From the NCBI GenBank assembly GCA_964388035.1, contig CAYLZE010000007.1, forward strand, positions 32,001 through 96,000: a stretch of DNA of 64,000 nt, in the 5' to 3' direction. Shown piece after piece: positions 49,760 through 60,235 of the stretch. The translations under genes were made by a program, and so were the position numbers. The DNA is from an uncultured archaeon. Its GTDB lineage: Archaea > Asgardarchaeota > Lokiarchaeia > Sigyniarchaeales > SOKP01. The notes under the pieces are model-generated. The model made no database searches. It saw nothing but the letters and a program-made list of their open reading frames with translations, and was not told where the DNA came from. Numbering within the stretch: position 1 is the stretch's first letter; each line of letters starts with the position of its first letter.

Positions 49760-51694
49760 TTATTCATAAAACTGTTCCAATGCCAATAGTAAGTCCTTGA
49801 GGGTGCTTAGATCCGGTATGAAGAGAAAAGTCCCAACCATTTTTATGTCCGTTATCAATACATTCGTCGTAATAACCAAGGATAATTTCTTTAAGAGCCC
49901 GATTTCTTTTTGTAATATTTTAAATAATTGCTTACCTGTATCAACGCTAATATCGGGAGGTTCGGTCATTAATCTTAAATTAAGAAGATCACCAATCGCG
50001 TTAGCATAATGGCTGGCTAAGATGTGTCCCAATTCTTTCATAGCATCTTCATAAATTTCTGGAATATCTTTTACAGCTTCGATCTTTTTTCGCATATCTA
50101 TCTTCTTTTTATCCTTATCGTCTATGATAATCGATGTGAGATCAATGAAATCTTTAATTTTGAAGATCGATAATACCGTTGCCCTCGTTTTTCCTATGAC
50201 ATTACTCCAAGCGATAAAGAGTTTTTCATTTTTCTTACTAATTTCATTAGCATATTTATCCAATTCTACCATTTCTACCGATGGTATATTGATATCCACT
50301 CTTTTATTGATCATTTTGGCTAATGCATTAGCCGCATTGCCCGCCCCCATATTTCCTACTTCTTGAAGGGCATCCCTTTGTAATTCAGTCAATTCTATTA
50401 CCTCTATCTCTTTTTCCACAGTATCATTTTTAATTCCTTTAATTAATGGTTCATAATCTATTTGAAGCTTGTCGAAAAAGTTGTAAAGCGTGTTGATATC
50501 GGGAATAAAGAAAAACACACCATTCAACCTTAAGTCCACCACCTTAATGGAAGTCTTGATAATCACTACAAAATCCGCAATGGCATTTATTTCTGAGCCT
50601 AAAAATTCTCCTAGCGATCCAACATTAGTTAAAGCAAATTCGGGCTTTTCAAGCATCATTTTCATTTTTGTTAAATCCGCTAATGCAGAAACGTAATGTC
50701 CCGCCATGATATTACCCATTTCTTCAATAGTAGAGATGGCAAAATCATCCAAATCTTCTTTTCCATTAACTTTACTTGGGTCTACTTTTGTATCCTTGCC
50801 CGCTAAACTCGCCACCAATTTCATTAATGGTCTCACTTCAAATACTTGAAGTATTGTCGATTCCGAAGGTCCTTTAATTTTTGAGAAAATACCGCAGATT
50901 TTTTCTTGAATTCCTCCAAATTGGTTACTAAGTTGTTCAAAGGTAATTATTCCGACATCTGTCAAGTCGACATCAATTTTTTTCTTTATCAATCGAGAAA
51001 GAGCGGTAATTGCATTACCGGAACCGATATTCCCGATTTCTTTCAATGTATCTTTTTGATATTCAGTTAGCTTCAAATCCACTTCAGTTGCGTTCGAACC
51101 CCGCTTAAATGCAAGAGGTTTCGGTTCAGGATGAGGAATTCTTGGGATAAAATCTTCTTCTTGTGGAATTTGCTTAAATTCTCCTTGATTGACCTCTTTT
51201 TTATTGGGGAGCGACACAGGTTTAGGTGCCATGGTTCTAAGGGAGGGGGGGACAATTGCATCTAGGTCTAATAAAATGTACGTCGTATCATCCAATACTC
51301 CTACCGATTTGATAAACCTGTAATCAATATAAGTCTCAATAATAGTACTCTTTGTCTCAAAAATCGAGAGGGGAAGCTTTTTTACGCCTATGACTTCATC
51401 TATCAATAAAGCAATTTTCAAATTACCCATTTCTAAAAGTACAATTCTTGACTTTTCGGTTAATTCATAATCTGTTACTTTTTCATATAATTTATGCCGT
51501 AGGGAAATGATGGTATAAATTTCTCCTCGAATATCAATGAGACCTAATATACTTTTATCTGCTAAGGGAACGGGAACAATATTCTCTTTAGGAATGAAAA
51601 TTTCCTTCACATTCTTTACTTGTAGCAAATAATTTTCATTCCTTACTTTGATGATGATTGTATTCACGTTCTTGACTTCTTCTGACTCGATCAT
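49760..51694 (-). CDS. CheW-CheC-CheC fusion protein
   Basis: N-terminal CheW (VPVPLA..ILGLIDIRGEI, LLIDEVIGV); CheC motifs EIGN, EMGN, EVGN, ELGH. Confidence 0.88.
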   Translation of the reverse strand: MIESEEVKNVNTIIIKVRNENYLLQVKNVKEIFIPKENIVPVPLADKSILGLIDIRGEIYTIISLRHKLYEKVTDYELTEKSRIVLLEMGNLKIALLIDEVIGVKKLPLSIFETKSTIIETYIDYRFIKSVGVLDDTTYILLDLDAIVPPSLRTMAPKPVSLPNKKEVNQGEFKQIPQEEDFIPRIPHPEPKPLAFKRGSNATEVDLKLTEYQKDTLKEIGNIGSGNAITALSRLIKKKIDVDLTDVGIITFEQLSNQFGGIQEKICGIFSKIKGPSESTILQVFEVRPLMKLVASLAGKDTKVDPSKVNGKEDLDDFAISTIEEMGNIMAGHYVSALADLTKMKMMLEKPEFALTNVGSLGEFLGSEINAIADFVVIIKTSIKVVDLRLNGVFFFIPDINTLYNFFDKLQIDYEPLIKGIKNDTVEKEIEVIELTELQRDALQEVGNMGAGNAANALAKMINKRVDINIPSVEMVELDKYANEISKKNEKLFIAWSNVIGKTRATVLSIFKIKDFIDLTSIIIDDKDKKKIDMRKKIEAVKDIPEIYEDAMKELGHILASHYANAIGDLLNLRLMTEPPDISVDTGKQLFKILQKEIGLLKKLSLVITTNVLITDIKMVGTFLFIPDLSTLKDLLLALEQFYE

Positions 51695-51733
51695 ATTTTT
51701 TACCTCTTTCTTTCAATTGTTTTTTTTAGATTT

Positions 51734-52567
51734 TCACGTTTTTATCATAATACCTTTCCAAATTAATTCAATAACTTGTTCTTGTTCTTTTACCACTTCA
51801 GAAAAATAACCTATTTGCCGGAAGATAGCAATTTGCCCTCCATCTGACATCTTATAAATGTAATCCAATAAGTCTTGAATATCCCCGAAATTAAACCCTG
51901 CAATCTTAAATTGTTCCACATCGTTAAGCATGACGATTATTAAATCTTCCCCATTAAAATTTTTTTCAGGATCCATGTACTCTACCCATAATTCGGGATA
52001 AATTGTTTTTTGTTTCAAGTTAAAGGCTTCATTGATAGGTATGTTTCTAAAAGTCTTATTGGTAGCAATGATGACTCGATCCGGTTCAATATTTGAGACC
52101 GTACCATAAGTGATGATATTATTAATGGTTTCCATGTAAAGAGATAAATCTAAAGTATCGCAACACGTAATGAAAATTATTTTATCATCTTTATCTTGAA
52201 CGCCAAAATCGATATCATTACTTTCTAAATCCAATTTAATAGATTCTATATTCATTTTTTTTGTATATTTTAGATATTTATATAATCGCCATTTAATGGC
52301 CTTTCTATCATTTAATTCCTTACTTATGAAGATTTTGTATAACAGTTCAAGTTGAGCATGATTTAATTTGGAAAGATTCTCATTATTTCCAAATTCGCCG
52401 GTTAGTTCATAATACCTTTCTTTAGATATTTTATCATTTTCACCTGCTAGATCATTCAGAATTACCGAAATTTCTCCTGCAGTAAAGCCGGGAGTAATTC
52501 TTTTTAATAATTCTCTCAAAAAGTCATCTGATTTATCATACAAGGTGTCATAATATTGATAATTCAT
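51734..52567 (-). CDS. Hypothetical protein in che operon (possible degenerate PD-(D/E)XK-like alpha/beta domain)
   Basis: 277-aa ORF with 33-39-nt spacers to neighbours; DIDFGV..KIIFITC..PDRVIIAT pattern. Confidence 0.55.
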   Translation of the reverse strand: MNYQYYDTLYDKSDDFLRELLKRITPGFTAGEISVILNDLAGENDKISKERYYELTGEFGNNENLSKLNHAQLELLYKIFISKELNDRKAIKWRLYKYLKYTKKMNIESIKLDLESNDIDFGVQDKDDKIIFITCCDTLDLSLYMETINNIITYGTVSNIEPDRVIIATNKTFRNIPINEAFNLKQKTIYPELWVEYMDPEKNFNGEDLIIVMLNDVEQFKIAGFNFGDIQDLLDYIYKMSDGGQIAIFRQIGYFSEVVKEQEQVIELIWKGIMIKT

Positions 52568-52600
52568 TTGTTATCTTTCTCCTAATATTCTTTATTATAT

Positions 52601-55600
52601 TTATCCAAAAATAAAAGATTCTAATTCATCATATTCTATTTCTTTATCATCCATTTTTTTCACATAATAACGAATTTCCTTTTCTTGATAAGGTTGAATT
52701 TTTTCTATAGTAAATAATATCGTGTCGCCTTTTTCTGCTTTAGATTTTTCCAATTCATAATTAATATTGGAGGAAATAAACTTAAATGATTTTGAGAGGG
52801 TATCCTTAATAATTACCTCCTCTACATCTACATCCGAATTATTCCGGACTATCACGCTGATTCCGAATTCATTTAATTCTCTTCCGGGAAAAATTTCCTT
52901 ACCAATCAATAAATCCCTGCGCTTATGAATTACCTTTAACTGGGGTAATAACTTTGACGGCACGCTACTTTGAATGATATAATATAATATTTCCGCTTCC
53001 TTTTCGTGCTGGTGAATATATGGGAAGTAAATGGTATAGTCCAAGGGAAAATTATATGCTTTTTTATGGTTTGGAGTAATTGCCTTTAAAGGATACTTTA
53101 TCTCGAGAAAATCATCGACGTCCATTAATATAGATTGACTATCTTTTTGGAGATTCAAGGATAATTCTAGTTGATGAGATTTCGTAGGATCCTTATCATA
53201 AGGTATGATATTCACTTTGATAATATTTGAACTTATCTTACCCGAAGAATTCCTAACTTGGAATTCTGAGCTATCAAAAGAAGGAAGAAAATCCGAGGGA
53301 ATCATTTCAATCAGATTCATGCTCTTAATTGCAATTGTACCGAGATTTTTGATCATGACGACATTCTGCAGGACGTTCTCTTCAAAAGATTTTATTTCAT
53401 GCTGAGAGAATTTTTTGTCTATGCGTAAATCAGCAATATCAAAATAGCGATCATCGAATTTGAGAGAAACAATAGATCTTTTCTCGATTTGATAAGTTAC
53501 TCCGTATTCTAATTTTCGGTAAAACTTCGGTTCTTTTAAACTTTCAACCATCCACCCTTCGCTTTCGTATTGGGAACCGGGATGAATTATGCTTGTTGAA
53601 TCATTCGAATCAAAATGTAGATCTAAATAATTTTGTTTTCTATTTTCATCAACAACGTTTATTGATTTTAATAGAATATTAAAATCGCTATTATTTAGAA
53701 ATGTGAGAAAACAGTGCCACTTATTAGGTTCTTCCTCCATTTCTTTTAAATTCATAGCATGCATCACGTGAGAATACCCTGAAAAATTCTCAATATCTAA
53801 TCCAGAAATCAGTTGGCTTTTATAAAGATAAGAGATTTGAACTGTCCCTGTACTGATAATCTTTCTTTCGGAGGGATATATTTCTACAAAAATAATAATT
53901 TCTGCTTTTGCCCCGGGTTTTAACTCATTTAATGTACAAAATAAGGTCCTATTTTCAATTTCAATTCCTTGTACAGCATCACTTTTATATTTAAAATCAT
54001 AAAAATCTTCAGAGAATAACTTTCCTAATTTTATATCCGTAATAATACTATCAGATACATTTTCAAGCTTAAGGGTAAACTTGACGGAATTTTTCTGATT
54101 AAATAATAACAATAATTTATTTTTTGCCTCATAGCTCTCTAATTTTTCCACATGTTCCAAAAAGGAAGACTTTTTTGCGTCCTCCTCTTTATAAATTTCT
54201 TCTAATTTCTCTTTTAAGGTGAATTCTCTTTTATCCTCATAATCTTGAACTTCATTTTTGAGATTAATTATTTTTGATTCTAGCTCATTTTTTTCCTGAA
54301 ATAATTCGCTGGATTGGTCACAAACTTTGTTATATTCTTTCTTCATCTCGTTTAACTTGGATCTGAATTCTTCTAAAGTTGTATCATGTTTATTAATAAT
54401 GGAATCAATTTTCTTGTCGAACTCTTCTTTAATAACGACATTATTTCTTAGGCTCTTTATTTCCTCATCTTCTAATTTCGAGAGTTCTCTCCCTTCTTTG
54501 TCTATTAGGTTTTCTTTAGTAGCAACCAGCTCTTCAAATATTTTTCTCTTTTGTTTAACTAGATTATCCAAATTTTTTCTTTTTTCTTCCCATTGATCAA
54601 GTTCTTTATTAAATTTTTCATAAAAAGACTCTTCGCTTTCAAGCTTTTTTTCAAGATCATCAAGACTCTCTTGAAATTTTTTTTCTACTTCAGCTGAGTC
54701 TAATCCTTCTTTTTCTGCATTTTTCAGTTCTTTTGATTTATCTTTCAATAATGATTTTTGATTTTTTGATAAGTCTTTAATTAAAGTCTTTTTATCTTTA
54801 TTAGTCTGTTTTAACTTATCCGCCTTTTCTAAGGCATCTTTCAAATCTTTTTCATTTTTATCTAATTCTAATTGAATAGCCTTAATTTGTGGATCATATT
54901 CCTTATTTAAATCTGATATTATTTTATTTTTCTTTTCTTGAAAATTAATTTTCGTTTTCTCAATCCGGTTATTCAATTCTGACAATTCTTCTTGATTTTT
55001 GACCTTAAGTGTCTTAAGGTCCATTTCTTTTTCAATCGGATGACTTTCACTTAAATCTTTCAAGTATTTAATTTGAAGCTCTATCTTTTTTTGTACTATA
55101 TTATTTATTTCATTTTCATTCTGTTCAATTAAATTGCTTAACTGTTCTTTTTGATTAGAAATATTATTAAATTGTTTCATTACATCACTATAATATTCTT
55201 CCTTAGAACTCACATCTGATTTTAACTTTCCCAGTTTTGTATCAAAATTCTTAGCGATTTCTTCATTTAGCTCGTCTTGTTTCTTGGAGGTTTGCTTTTT
55301 AATCTTTTCAATTTCTTCCTCCTTATTTTCAAAACGAAGCTTTTTTATCTCAACATTAGTAACTTCTATAGTTTCGGTTAATTTTAATGGAGGAGCAAGT
55401 TCCTTAGTATCAATTAAGCTATAATTAACATTTTTAGTACTTCGGGGTTCAAAATTACCTAAACTGATAGTATTTCCTCCTTCCAAGTTAATATTATTCA
55501 TTCCAGTGAGTGTAAGTTTTGAATCCCATACTCTATCCTTTTTTGAACTATTTAATGCTCTTATTACTCCTGTACCAGAAAAATTGGTTAAATTTTTTTC

Positions 55601-55795
55601 TTTATCATAAATATATTCAATAATTTCTTCACATAATAGAGAAAAGTCTGAAAATAATTCTATACTTTCTTTCTTTATTTCGCTTTCTCCTTGCTGCAAC
55701 TTTTCTATAATTTCCATCCTTCTAATTGGCATTCCAATAAATGCTGAAGCGATACTTGTTTCTAAATCCTTAATAGTCACGTGTTTAAATCCCAT
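52601..55795 (-). CDS. Large cytoplasmic protein: Ig-like beta-sandwich repeats interrupted by a ~400-aa coiled coil
   Basis: Beta-rich repeats (VKFTLKLENVSD, NVVMIKNLGT, ISVIVRNNSDVDVEEVIIKDTL) flank a K/E-rich heptad region at ~aa 155-560; no signal peptide or TM. Confidence 0.7.
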   Translation of the reverse strand: MGFKHVTIKDLETSIASAFIGMPIRRMEIIEKLQQGESEIKKESIELFSDFSLLCEEIIEYIYDKEKNLTNFSGTGVIRALNSSKKDRVWDSKLTLTGMNNINLEGGNTISLGNFEPRSTKNVNYSLIDTKELAPPLKLTETIEVTNVEIKKLRFENKEEEIEKIKKQTSKKQDELNEEIAKNFDTKLGKLKSDVSSKEEYYSDVMKQFNNISNQKEQLSNLIEQNENEINNIVQKKIELQIKYLKDLSESHPIEKEMDLKTLKVKNQEELSELNNRIEKTKINFQEKKNKIISDLNKEYDPQIKAIQLELDKNEKDLKDALEKADKLKQTNKDKKTLIKDLSKNQKSLLKDKSKELKNAEKEGLDSAEVEKKFQESLDDLEKKLESEESFYEKFNKELDQWEEKRKNLDNLVKQKRKIFEELVATKENLIDKEGRELSKLEDEEIKSLRNNVVIKEEFDKKIDSIINKHDTTLEEFRSKLNEMKKEYNKVCDQSSELFQEKNELESKIINLKNEVQDYEDKREFTLKEKLEEIYKEEDAKKSSFLEHVEKLESYEAKNKLLLLFNQKNSVKFTLKLENVSDSIITDIKLGKLFSEDFYDFKYKSDAVQGIEIENRTLFCTLNELKPGAKAEIIIFVEIYPSERKIISTGTVQISYLYKSQLISGLDIENFSGYSHVMHAMNLKEMEEEPNKWHCFLTFLNNSDFNILLKSINVVDENRKQNYLDLHFDSNDSTSIIHPGSQYESEGWMVESLKEPKFYRKLEYGVTYQIEKRSIVSLKFDDRYFDIADLRIDKKFSQHEIKSFEENVLQNVVMIKNLGTIAIKSMNLIEMIPSDFLPSFDSSEFQVRNSSGKISSNIIKVNIIPYDKDPTKSHQLELSLNLQKDSQSILMDVDDFLEIKYPLKAITPNHKKAYNFPLDYTIYFPYIHQHEKEAEILYYIIQSSVPSKLLPQLKVIHKRRDLLIGKEIFPGRELNEFGISVIVRNNSDVDVEEVIIKDTLSKSFKFISSNINYELEKSKAEKGDTILFTIEKIQPYQEKEIRYYVKKMDDKEIEYDELESFIFG

Positions 55796-55851
55796 AGGTT
55801 AATCCTCCATTTTTTTAAATTCTTGTCATTTTAAAAAATTGTTTTTTTAAT

Positions 55852-58002
55852 TTAAGATGCATCAATTGATTCTAGTTTCTCAAATACATGAGTAATTGAA
55901 GAAATGATGTTTGGCACATCAAGAACAATACAGATTGATCCATCACCGGTAATCGTCACTCCCAATATTTCCTTAAAAGAAGAGTATTTTGATCTAAACG
56001 GTTTTATCACCAAATCCATTTGTTGCAGAATTTCATCTATTATGAATATTGCTGAATCTTTTTCATCTTTATTACAATAGATTGCAATTTTTCCTTTAGA
56101 TTCTGCATCGGATTTAACTCTTTCTTGTTTTTCATCATCTTTTGGAACTTCAGGACTTTCGATTGAAGGATCTGTTGTGAGAATTAAGTCCTCTATTTTT
56201 TCTTGTTCCATTTGTGTTGAAATATTTAAATATCGGTCTAATCTGACGATGGGTACTAAATCAGAACCAAGACGGTAATATTCTTCACCTTTCACGTATT
56301 CTACCAACTCACGAGAAAAGAAATAAATTTGATTGATATTTTCAATGGGAATCGCATAGAGATCTCCAGCCACTTTAAACATTTGAGCTTTTAAAATAGC
56401 TCTTGAAAAAGGCACGGTCAGCGAAAAGATAGTTCCTTTCCCAGGAGTAGAAGCTAAGTTAAGAGAACCTCCGAGTTCCTTGATTTTTTCGGCAACTATA
56501 GCAAGACCCATCCCTCTCCCCGAAATCAGATCTGCGCTGGATAATGTTGAAAATCCGGGAGTGAATAACACTTTTTTAAGATCACTTTCGGAGAGTTCCG
56601 TTGCTTCTTCGGGGGTATATAATCCTAATTCTATTGCTTTAGTTCTTGTTCTTTCATAATCTATTCCCTTACCATCATCTTCTATTTGGATGATTACTGA
56701 ACCGGCTCTTCTAAAGGTTTTAAGTTTAAGGTTCCCCATTCCCGATTTTCCCAGGCTCCTTCTAATATCAGGGGTTTCAATTCCGTGATAAATAGCATTC
56801 CTTAAGAGATGAATCAAAGGACTATTTAATTGTTCAAGAATCTTCCTATCAATCTCTACATCCGTTCCTTCCAACAAGAATTTCACATTTTTATTCGTTT
56901 CTTTTGAAACATCCCGGACCAATCGTCTATATCTTCTAAATGCTGATTCTACACGCACAAGTTTTAACTTAAAAATGATCTCTTGTATTTCTAAAAATAA
57001 CTTATCCATGCTATCAAAGTAGCGATTCACCCCCCAATCTCCACGTGAAGAAAGAATTTGACTTAATTGATTTTTAATAATAATGACTTCTCCAAAATAA
57101 TCCATGAGTTCTTCTAATGTTTCTATATTTACCTTAACAGACGTGATTCTTCCCAATTCATCTTCAAAAGAACCAGTTGTGCTGGGAACTCTATCAATAC
57201 CTTTTTGTTCAATGACTTGCTCTTCTCTCCGAGCATCTTTTTTCAATTTAGAATTGGCCTCTAATAAAACATCTTTGAATTGCTTAGACGAAAGGGGTGC
57301 AATTGATTTATTTTCAATTTCTAAGATTTCATCTAACACTTGCGTTATTTTTTTCGAATCATGCTCCGTAAGATAATAGATTGCCAATTTGAGGTCAAAC
57401 TGACCATTTTCTAATAAATATGGTTCTGGATCACTCCAATATATTTGACCAATCTCATTTAACGCCCTAAAAATAATAAACAATCTAACTTTTTTAAATA
57501 CGCAGGTAGATTGTAATTCTATTGTTATTTTATAAAACCTATTTTTTTTATTGGTGGTCAATGAGTCTATTTGATCATTGGGAATGGTTTTAATAAAGGT
57601 AATTTCATAATCCGATTGAAATTCTTCAAATCCTTCTTTTAATTCTTTAACCATTCTATCATCTATATCTTTAATTTCTCCTGCCTTGGCCTGCTTAGTT
57701 ACAAGTCTCAAAACATCTAGACTTTCGAACATCAATTCTACTATTTCCCGGGATTTATTGGCTGATACTTCTTCTTCCTTTGCTTTATCAAGTAAATTCT
57801 CAAAATTATGACAAAATTCGGAGAGATTGTCTAATCCGACCATGGCAGTCATTCCTTTTAATGTATGGAATGTAAAATATAAATTCTGGATTGCTTTTTT
57901 ATTATCTGGATTTTCCTCTAAATTTAACACGTTATCTTCAATAGTCTGAACTAAATCTTCTGTCTCCGAAAGGAAGATTTTCATATCTTCATTTGACGCC
58001 AT
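55852..58002 (-). CDS. cheA: Chemotaxis histidine kinase CheA
   Basis: Hpt FHTLKG, P2, HLLRNAIYHGIE, EDDGKG, GFST...SGRGMGL, C-terminal CheW domain. Confidence 0.97.
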   Translation of the reverse strand: MASNEDMKIFLSETEDLVQTIEDNVLNLEENPDNKKAIQNLYFTFHTLKGMTAMVGLDNLSEFCHNFENLLDKAKEEEVSANKSREIVELMFESLDVLRLVTKQAKAGEIKDIDDRMVKELKEGFEEFQSDYEITFIKTIPNDQIDSLTTNKKNRFYKITIELQSTCVFKKVRLFIIFRALNEIGQIYWSDPEPYLLENGQFDLKLAIYYLTEHDSKKITQVLDEILEIENKSIAPLSSKQFKDVLLEANSKLKKDARREEQVIEQKGIDRVPSTTGSFEDELGRITSVKVNIETLEELMDYFGEVIIIKNQLSQILSSRGDWGVNRYFDSMDKLFLEIQEIIFKLKLVRVESAFRRYRRLVRDVSKETNKNVKFLLEGTDVEIDRKILEQLNSPLIHLLRNAIYHGIETPDIRRSLGKSGMGNLKLKTFRRAGSVIIQIEDDGKGIDYERTRTKAIELGLYTPEEATELSESDLKKVLFTPGFSTLSSADLISGRGMGLAIVAEKIKELGGSLNLASTPGKGTIFSLTVPFSRAILKAQMFKVAGDLYAIPIENINQIYFFSRELVEYVKGEEYYRLGSDLVPIVRLDRYLNISTQMEQEKIEDLILTTDPSIESPEVPKDDEKQERVKSDAESKGKIAIYCNKDEKDSAIFIIDEILQQMDLVIKPFRSKYSSFKEILGVTITGDGSICIVLDVPNIISSITHVFEKLESIDAS

Positions 58003-58044
58003 ATCTTACATCAACTCTTTTATTTACCTATTAATTCTTATTTT

Positions 58045-58422
58045 TTATTTTTTTAACAATCTTTCCAAGACTTCCTCTACTTGTTCATTTTTAAAAGGTT
58101 TTTGAATAAAATCTTTAGCACCTTTTTTTGCTGCTTCTAACACTAATGCTTCCTGACCCAATGCAGACACCACCACAATGATTGCATTTTTATCAAGCTT
58201 TAACAATTCTTCAGTAGTCTCTATTCCCCCTTTTTCAGGCATAACTAAATCCATGGTGACCAAATCAGGCTTCAACTTTTTATATAGTGTAATGGCCTCA
58301 TTCCCATTTACAGCCTCTCCCACCACTTCAGTATAAGCCGTATTATCTATAATTTTCTTTAACATGTTGCGGGTGAAAGCAGCATCGTCCACGATAAGAA
58401 CCCTTTTTTTGTTATTTGACAT
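58045..58422 (-). CDS. cheY: Chemotaxis response regulator CheY
   Basis: VDDAAFTR, TMDLVMP, SALGQ, QKPF. Confidence 0.95.
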   Translation of the reverse strand: MSNNKKRVLIVDDAAFTRNMLKKIIDNTAYTEVVGEAVNGNEAITLYKKLKPDLVTMDLVMPEKGGIETTEELLKLDKNAIIVVVSALGQEALVLEAAKKGAKDFIQKPFKNEQVEEVLERLLKK

Positions 58423-58476
58423 TTTTGTTAACGCCTCTATTTATTGATTTTTATTTTTTATGGTTTTTAATTTAAA

Positions 58477-58998
58477 TTAAATAATAGATTTTTGATCTTG
58501 TTGAAGAGAAATTTGTTCTGCTTCTGATAATATTTCGCGTAAATCTATGAGAATTCTCGGTCTATCCTTGAATTTAACCACGCTTTTTATGTATTTAATA
58601 TCACTAAGACCCGTCTGAAAAATTGGACTCAGTCCAACCAAGTCTTTTCTGGTGATGTGAGAAACCTTAATGATCCGATCTACATAGAAGCCAATTTGCA
58701 TGTCCCGTATATTCACTATAATGATAAATTTCTTTCCTGAATCGTTTTTATCGTTTAAATTTTGAGCTTTATAAATGTCATAATCATCCAAATTCAATTT
58801 CTTTTTTAAATTAATAATGTGAATGATATTACCCCTGTAATTGTAAATACCTTCTATAAAATCTAGGCTCTTGGGTAATCTTCTAATTTGCCCGGTTTGA
58901 ATAATTTCTTTAACATCCAAAAGATCTATCACAAATTCCTCCCATCCTACTTTAAAAATAATTAAGGAAATCTGTTCTTCAAGCTGTTGTTCTCCCAT
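58477..58998 (-). CDS. cheW: Chemotaxis adaptor CheW
   Basis: VKEII, RLPKSLDFIEGIYNYRGNII, GFYVDRI. Confidence 0.92.
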   Translation of the reverse strand: MGEQQLEEQISLIIFKVGWEEFVIDLLDVKEIIQTGQIRRLPKSLDFIEGIYNYRGNIIHIINLKKKLNLDDYDIYKAQNLNDKNDSGKKFIIIVNIRDMQIGFYVDRIIKVSHITRKDLVGLSPIFQTGLSDIKYIKSVVKFKDRPRILIDLREILSEAEQISLQQDQKSII

Positions 58999-59238
58999 TT
59001 TCTATACCATCCTTAAATTTTACTCAATTATTATTATTAAATTTTAAATTATTCTCATTTTATTTCTTGATAAATTTTTCAACCATAATCAATTCTTTAT
59101 TTCAATAATCTTAAATTTCATTTCTACAAAATATTTTTATCCACATTATCCAATAAAATAAAATATAAATGGAAATTAATCCAAATTTAAAAAAATTTTT
59201 TTCATTCGATGAACCTGAGGTCCATCCTTATTTATTAA

Positions 59239-60234
59239 TCATTTTGTTACCTTTGCTTCAGCACTTGCTTTCTGTTCAACAGCATGAATATCCAATGTTT
59301 TCTTCAACTCATCTGCTAAAGTACCGAGTCTATTAGCGGTAGCTGCGATGTCATCCATAGATGCTTTTTGTTGATCTGTTGCCTTCATAACTGCCTCGAT
59401 GTTTTCTTCATTTTCTTCTTCATGATGTTCGACATCTTCAATCTCCTGAGTAACTGCATCAATGGCAGTGGTAGTTCCTTCGATTAAACTTTCAATAAGG
59501 TCTATATTTTTTGATGATTTAGAAACCGATCCTTTTGATTCTTCCGCGAGCTTTCTTACTTCATCGGCTACTACTGCAAATCCACGACCATGCTCCCCCG
59601 CCCTTCCCGCTTCAATGCTTGCATTAAGGGCTAACAGATCCGTTTGTTCAGATATTTTTGTAATGATTTCCATGACTTGATCAATATCTTTAGTATGGGT
59701 GATTATTTCATGAGCATTTTTATCGATGGTTTCTGAGTGACTCTCTATTTCTTTTAAGGCCTTTACTTGTGCCACGGTTGCATTATCTAATTTATGCATC
59801 CTTTCGGTGATTTCACCTGCTGTTGCGTCAACCTGTGTAGCACTTGCAGATAATTCTGCTGCGATGCTGGACACATTAATAGCGACTTCTTCGGCATGAT
59901 CAACGATAGATTCCATGGAAAATTCTTTTTGTGCAAGTTCTTCCATTGTTTGAATTAATCTATATTCAATCATAACAACTAATCCTGTAGATAAGATTAG
60001 AACTGCTGATGCTAAACTCATCAGATCAGAAATTACATCTGCCATTCCTGCTTCAGTAAAAATTGCTATTCCATTCCATCCAAATCCAATGGTGAGATTC
60101 AAGAATAAAATCATAATTAAAAGCCGACTCAAGCTACTAGTATTGCGTCGATATGCATCGATCATTAACATAGCACTAATGCCAAAAAAGACAGCTCCCA
60201 TAATAAACATTAGACCTGAAAATACATCTACCAT
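59239..60234 (-). CDS. Methyl-accepting chemotaxis protein (3 TM, no HAMP)
   Basis: [38 protein letters not shown] hairpin signature. Confidence 0.95.
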   Translation of the reverse strand: MVDVFSGLMFIMGAVFFGISAMLMIDAYRRNTSSLSRLLIMILFLNLTIGFGWNGIAIFTEAGMADVISDLMSLASAVLILSTGLVVMIEYRLIQTMEELAQKEFSMESIVDHAEEVAINVSSIAAELSASATQVDATAGEITERMHKLDNATVAQVKALKEIESHSETIDKNAHEIITHTKDIDQVMEIITKISEQTDLLALNASIEAGRAGEHGRGFAVVADEVRKLAEESKGSVSKSSKNIDLIESLIEGTTTAIDAVTQEIEDVEHHEEENEENIEAVMKATDQQKASMDDIAATANRLGTLADELKKTLDIHAVEQKASAEAKVTK

Positions 60235-60235
60235 G

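Noticed and set aside
52601-55795. SMC/Rad50 call for the coiled-coil protein
   Set aside because: No Walker A/B, signature motif, hinge or zinc hook
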